A DNA stretch of 26,687 nucleotides from a virus (taxonomy: Duplodnaviria; Caudoviricetes). Shown one piece after another: positions 23,924-26,687 of this stretch. Under the pieces are notes generated by a model. It ran no database searches. It was given only the letters and a program-made list of their open reading frames with translations, and had not been told where the DNA came from. The stretch spans positions 1 through 26,687 of the IMG/VR virus record IMGVR_UViG_3300043409_002111; one strand, 5' to 3'. The first letter of the stretch is position 1. Each line of letters starts with the position of its first letter. The position numbers and the translations under genes were made by a program.

Positions 23924-26395
23924 TCAAAATGGCAGGCTTTCGTCGCTGTCGTGAAATTGGCGGACCAACTCTTTTACCACATCGGGTTGTTTTAATCCCA
24001 CTTTTATCCACACGTAATGTTTTGTTCCAGTTTTTTTGATACGCATTCTCCTACCTGAAATCGCCTCATACCCCATCTCAAGCAGTATCCTACTCAGCCC
24101 TGTGCCAGTCGGCAGCAGGTCGCCCTCTGCCGTTGCCAGCCTATTGAGCCACGTCACATCGACCAATTGGTCATTGATCACAGCGCAAGTATGGCGACTA
24201 ATCGCGTCCTCCAACGCCAGTCGATCAGGCGATAGGGCGTAGGAAATCATCTCCCGCCGCGCTCCGGTCTCAGGGGCACGACCCTTGGCGTGGAAGTTAC
24301 CAGACACCGCCCGACTGCTGAAGTAGTAGGCCAACGCATCGGCGTGGTGCTGCACTGCCGTAAAGAGCTTGTCGAAGTAGGTTGCCGCACCACTCTCGCC
24401 ACCCAGCTCTGCATAGAGCTGCTCTTCTGATTGCACACGTCCAAAGATCGCGCAATAACGCCTGTCGCCGTCGCCGATAGGGATAGCGTCACGATGGTTG
24501 GTGAACAGCAGGTAGCTGCTGAAGTTAGGCACGGTGCGATGATCACGTCCCTTCTCTTCGATCACTACTGTAGCGTTGGAAATGAACGGCTTCATCCTGT
24601 CGAGCACCGTGAATTTCGACGTGCCGCTGATGCGTATCTCTTCGATCACGATAAGCGTAGAGCCATGTGCCCAGCCCGTAAAACGGCCCTCGATTGCCGA
24701 TGGCTCGAGGTTGGTTACGGCTGTGCCCATCATGTGCTGCATCATCACCGCGAAGAATGACTTGCCGGTGCCTTGACTACCCTGCAGCATCAACGCCCAG
24801 CCGACACGCTTGCCGGGGTTCTGGTACACATAAGTGAGGAAGTCGAGCAGTATCTCACGCTCGCGTGGGTCGGCGATGGTAAAGTCAACATGTGCCAGCA
24901 TCAGATCAATGGCGGCCTGACCCTCGACGCTCATATCCTCTGCGGCGCACGGCGTAACGCCGCTGGGATGGTACGTGTTGAGCATCTGCTTACCCTCGAC
25001 TTCGAGGATCCTGCCGCCACCGGGCCAGAATATCTTGTCTACGACGGTCTGCATATTGAGATCGACTAAACAGTACGCCGAGGCTGGCTTGTCGGCTAAC
25101 AGCACGTCTGGCAGCCTATCGTATTTGGCGTTGAACGCCTCGCGCCTGATCGCGTAGTGCAGCTCGGTGTGAGCAAACTCACAGGTGATCTCGACATAGA
25201 CCCACGGCGCTGCCCACTCAGGCAGGACGCTGTTGCCGTCGGGATCGACCACTGCGCCTGCGCCGCCAACGCTACGCTTTTTTGGCAGCAGCTCGTTGCG
25301 GATGTCGGTTATACCCAGCCCCTTGGCCTTGCCGAAAGCGTCGTGCAGCTCCTTGGCGATCATGCGCCGACCGTCGAGGGGCAGCGCGTGGGGAGCAATG
25401 GCGCGGACCTCGCGCTTGAACTCGGTGTAGTCCTCAAGCGTATCGATGGAGGCGGCGCGAGCGAGCAGGTCGTCGAGGGTGGTGACGAGAGCTGCGGCGG
25501 CACCAGCAGTGTCAACAACGGCACGGCCACCGGCGCGGCTGATGATGTAGTCGAACCGGGTGGGCTTGCTGATGCTGCTGCGGTTAGCGAAGCTGCGCCA
25601 CTTGTCGCGGCACTCTTGATAGTCGTAGTGAGAGCTGTCCTTGGACCACCGGTCCCAGATCAGGAAGCCCTCTTTCTTGCCGTCGGTCTGATGGTGCAGG
25701 GCCATGCCCACTTTGAGCCATGAGCTGTAACCCTCGAGGTCCGTAGCTGGGAGCTTGGTCACGTAAGCCGTAAGGTCTTCCAGCGTTAGGCCGTCAAGCC
25801 GTTGGTGATTGATCGCCAGCTCAAGGTCACGCACATCGACCTCACTGATCTCCATCTCGCCGATGGCACTGGGCGCACTGGGCGTAGCGGTGAAATTACT
25901 GTTGAGGGCTGCCAGTGCGGCCATTGGGATCTGCGGGAAAGGCTCAAGGTATAAAGCTTCAGGCATACCGAGCATGGATAGATTCTGATAGCCATCGCCC
26001 GTGCAGATCCACCCCTTGCCTGCGGCGCGGGTGTCGAAGCCCTGCACTCCTAACAGCGAGTCGCCCTGCCGCGCCTCCGCGCCCGCAGGCAACTCAAAAC
26101 AATAGTGTTCGCCGCCACCGACCGTGGTCTGTAGCTGCGCCCCATCCCAGTCGAGAGCAACGCCGAGGGCCGCATCGACCATCGCACGAGTGACACCCTT
26201 ATACGTGTCGAGGTCAATGACGACCCTCCCGGCTGGGATGACAGCGCCAAGGTTCTCGGCTCGGGAGAGCTGCTCTGCAGTGCAAACGACCGTGTGCCAG
26301 TCCTGCCCGCGTGGGATGGCTGGGCGCTTGGACCACTTTTGTTTTTCAGAGTCGTACACTTTATGCACGGGGAATAACTGCATGTTACTTGTCAT
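23924..26395 (-). CDS. Primase-polymerase / PriCT-2 / helicase (DUF5906, NrS-1-like) replication protein
   Basis: VVIDLD and T..GGEHY.F prim-pol motifs; W.KVGMALH...WDRWS....Y...C..KW.SF (PriCT-2); GSQGTGKS Walker A, IVIEE Walker B, FTNH, DRRY; start at ATG 26395 with GGGAG RBS. Confidence 0.9.
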   Translation of the reverse strand: MTSNMQLFPVHKVYDSEKQKWSKRPAIPRGQDWHTVVCTAEQLSRAENLGAVIPAGRVVIDLDTYKGVTRAMVDAALGVALDWDGAQLQTTVGGGEHYCFELPAGAEARQGDSLLGVQGFDTRAAGKGWICTGDGYQNLSMLGMPEALYLEPFPQIPMAALAALNSNFTATPSAPSAIGEMEISEVDVRDLELAINHQRLDGLTLEDLTAYVTKLPATDLEGYSSWLKVGMALHHQTDGKKEGFLIWDRWSKDSSHYDYQECRDKWRSFANRSSISKPTRFDYIISRAGGRAVVDTAGAAAALVTTLDDLLARAASIDTLEDYTEFKREVRAIAPHALPLDGRRMIAKELHDAFGKAKGLGITDIRNELLPKKRSVGGAGAVVDPDGNSVLPEWAAPWVYVEITCEFAHTELHYAIRREAFNAKYDRLPDVLLADKPASAYCLVDLNMQTVVDKIFWPGGGRILEVEGKQMLNTYHPSGVTPCAAEDMSVEGQAAIDLMLAHVDFTIADPREREILLDFLTYVYQNPGKRVGWALMLQGSQGTGKSFFAVMMQHMMGTAVTNLEPSAIEGRFTGWAHGSTLIVIEEIRISGTSKFTVLDRMKPFISNATVVIEEKGRDHRTVPNFSSYLLFTNHRDAIPIGDGDRRYCAIFGRVQSEEQLYAELGGESGAATYFDKLFTAVQHHADALAYYFSSRAVSGNFHAKGRAPETGARREMISYALSPDRLALEDAISRHTCAVINDQLVDVTWLNRLATAEGDLLPTGTGLSRILLEMGYEAISGRRMRIKKTGTKHYVWIKVGLKQPDVVKELVRQFHDSDESLPF

Positions 26396-26579
26396 TGAGC
26401 AACTCCCTGCAGATATCAACCGCACGGAACTTGCCGCCGGTTATGCTTTCGATTTCGATAGCACGTTGCGGCGGAATGCGGTCGTCTTTAATCCACTGTG
26501 AAACTGCCGACGGCGCAACGCCGAGGGCCGTGGCCGTGGCGCTGGTGCCCCCGAAGAAGGCAATTATTTTTTTTATCAT
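26385..26579 (-). CDS. cro: Cro/YdaS-like HTH regulator
   Basis: FGG.SATATALGVAPSAVSQW....IP..RA..IE..TGG; AGGAG RBS before ATG 26579. Confidence 0.85.
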   Translation of the reverse strand: MIKKIIAFFGGTSATATALGVAPSAVSQWIKDDRIPPQRAIEIESITGGKFRAVDICRELLNDK

Positions 26580-26590
26580 ACGGACTCCTG

Positions 26591-26620
26591 TTGACGTGGC
26601 TGTGAAGCGTAGCTTAATAT
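26591..26620 (+). promoter_or_regulatory. Putative divergent promoter with short operator-like palindrome
   Basis: TTGACG-N18-TAATAT containing AAGC-GTA-GCTT; lies between cro and a plus-strand start. Confidence 0.45.
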
Positions 26621-26664
26621 GCCTGCGCAACACAACCCCTCAAAACACTAAACAGGAAATTAAA

Positions 26665-26687
26665 ATGTTAGAAACAAAAATGGCAGA
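26665..26687 (+). CDS. Start of divergent gene (partial)
   Basis: CAGGA RBS then ATG TTA GAA ACA AAA ATG GCA; runs off the window. Confidence 0.45.

Noticed and set aside
1-26687. Alternative genetic code, tRNA genes, integrase
   Set aside because: Genes are full length in the standard code with all three stops used; no cloverleaf or recombinase gene was recognised by eye, so lifestyle cannot be assigned.

Overview
This window is about 27 kb of a tailed dsDNA phage genome (Caudoviricetes, podovirus-like organisation), almost all on the minus strand. In transcription order it carries a Cro-like regulator, a prim-pol/PriCT-2/helicase replication protein, an iteron-like putative origin, and the terminase small subunit with an overlapping degenerate nuclease gene. 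Next come a divergent early cassette with ArdC antirestriction protein and duplicated promoter-hairpin elements, and a noncoding block with an IHF site, a dif-like palindrome and three palindromic 20-mers. The late module follows: HNH-like gene, terminase large subunit, a 1845-aa modular protein, portal, GroES, scaffold, major capsid, GIY-YIG endonuclease, decoration proteins, small basic proteins and two head-tail adaptors. The best candidate for an undescribed system is a short [MYFK]-x-x-G-G-x-[VI] motif that recurs about 12 times in five late proteins. It marks the module boundaries of the 1845-aa protein, which reads as a chain of pre-toxin hairpin plus effector cassettes (metallopeptidase-like, ADP-ribosyltransferase, glycosylase-like) with an exact 53-bp repeat bracketing the ART cassette. 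All family assignments come from motif recognition by eye; no searches were run and the host cannot be determined.
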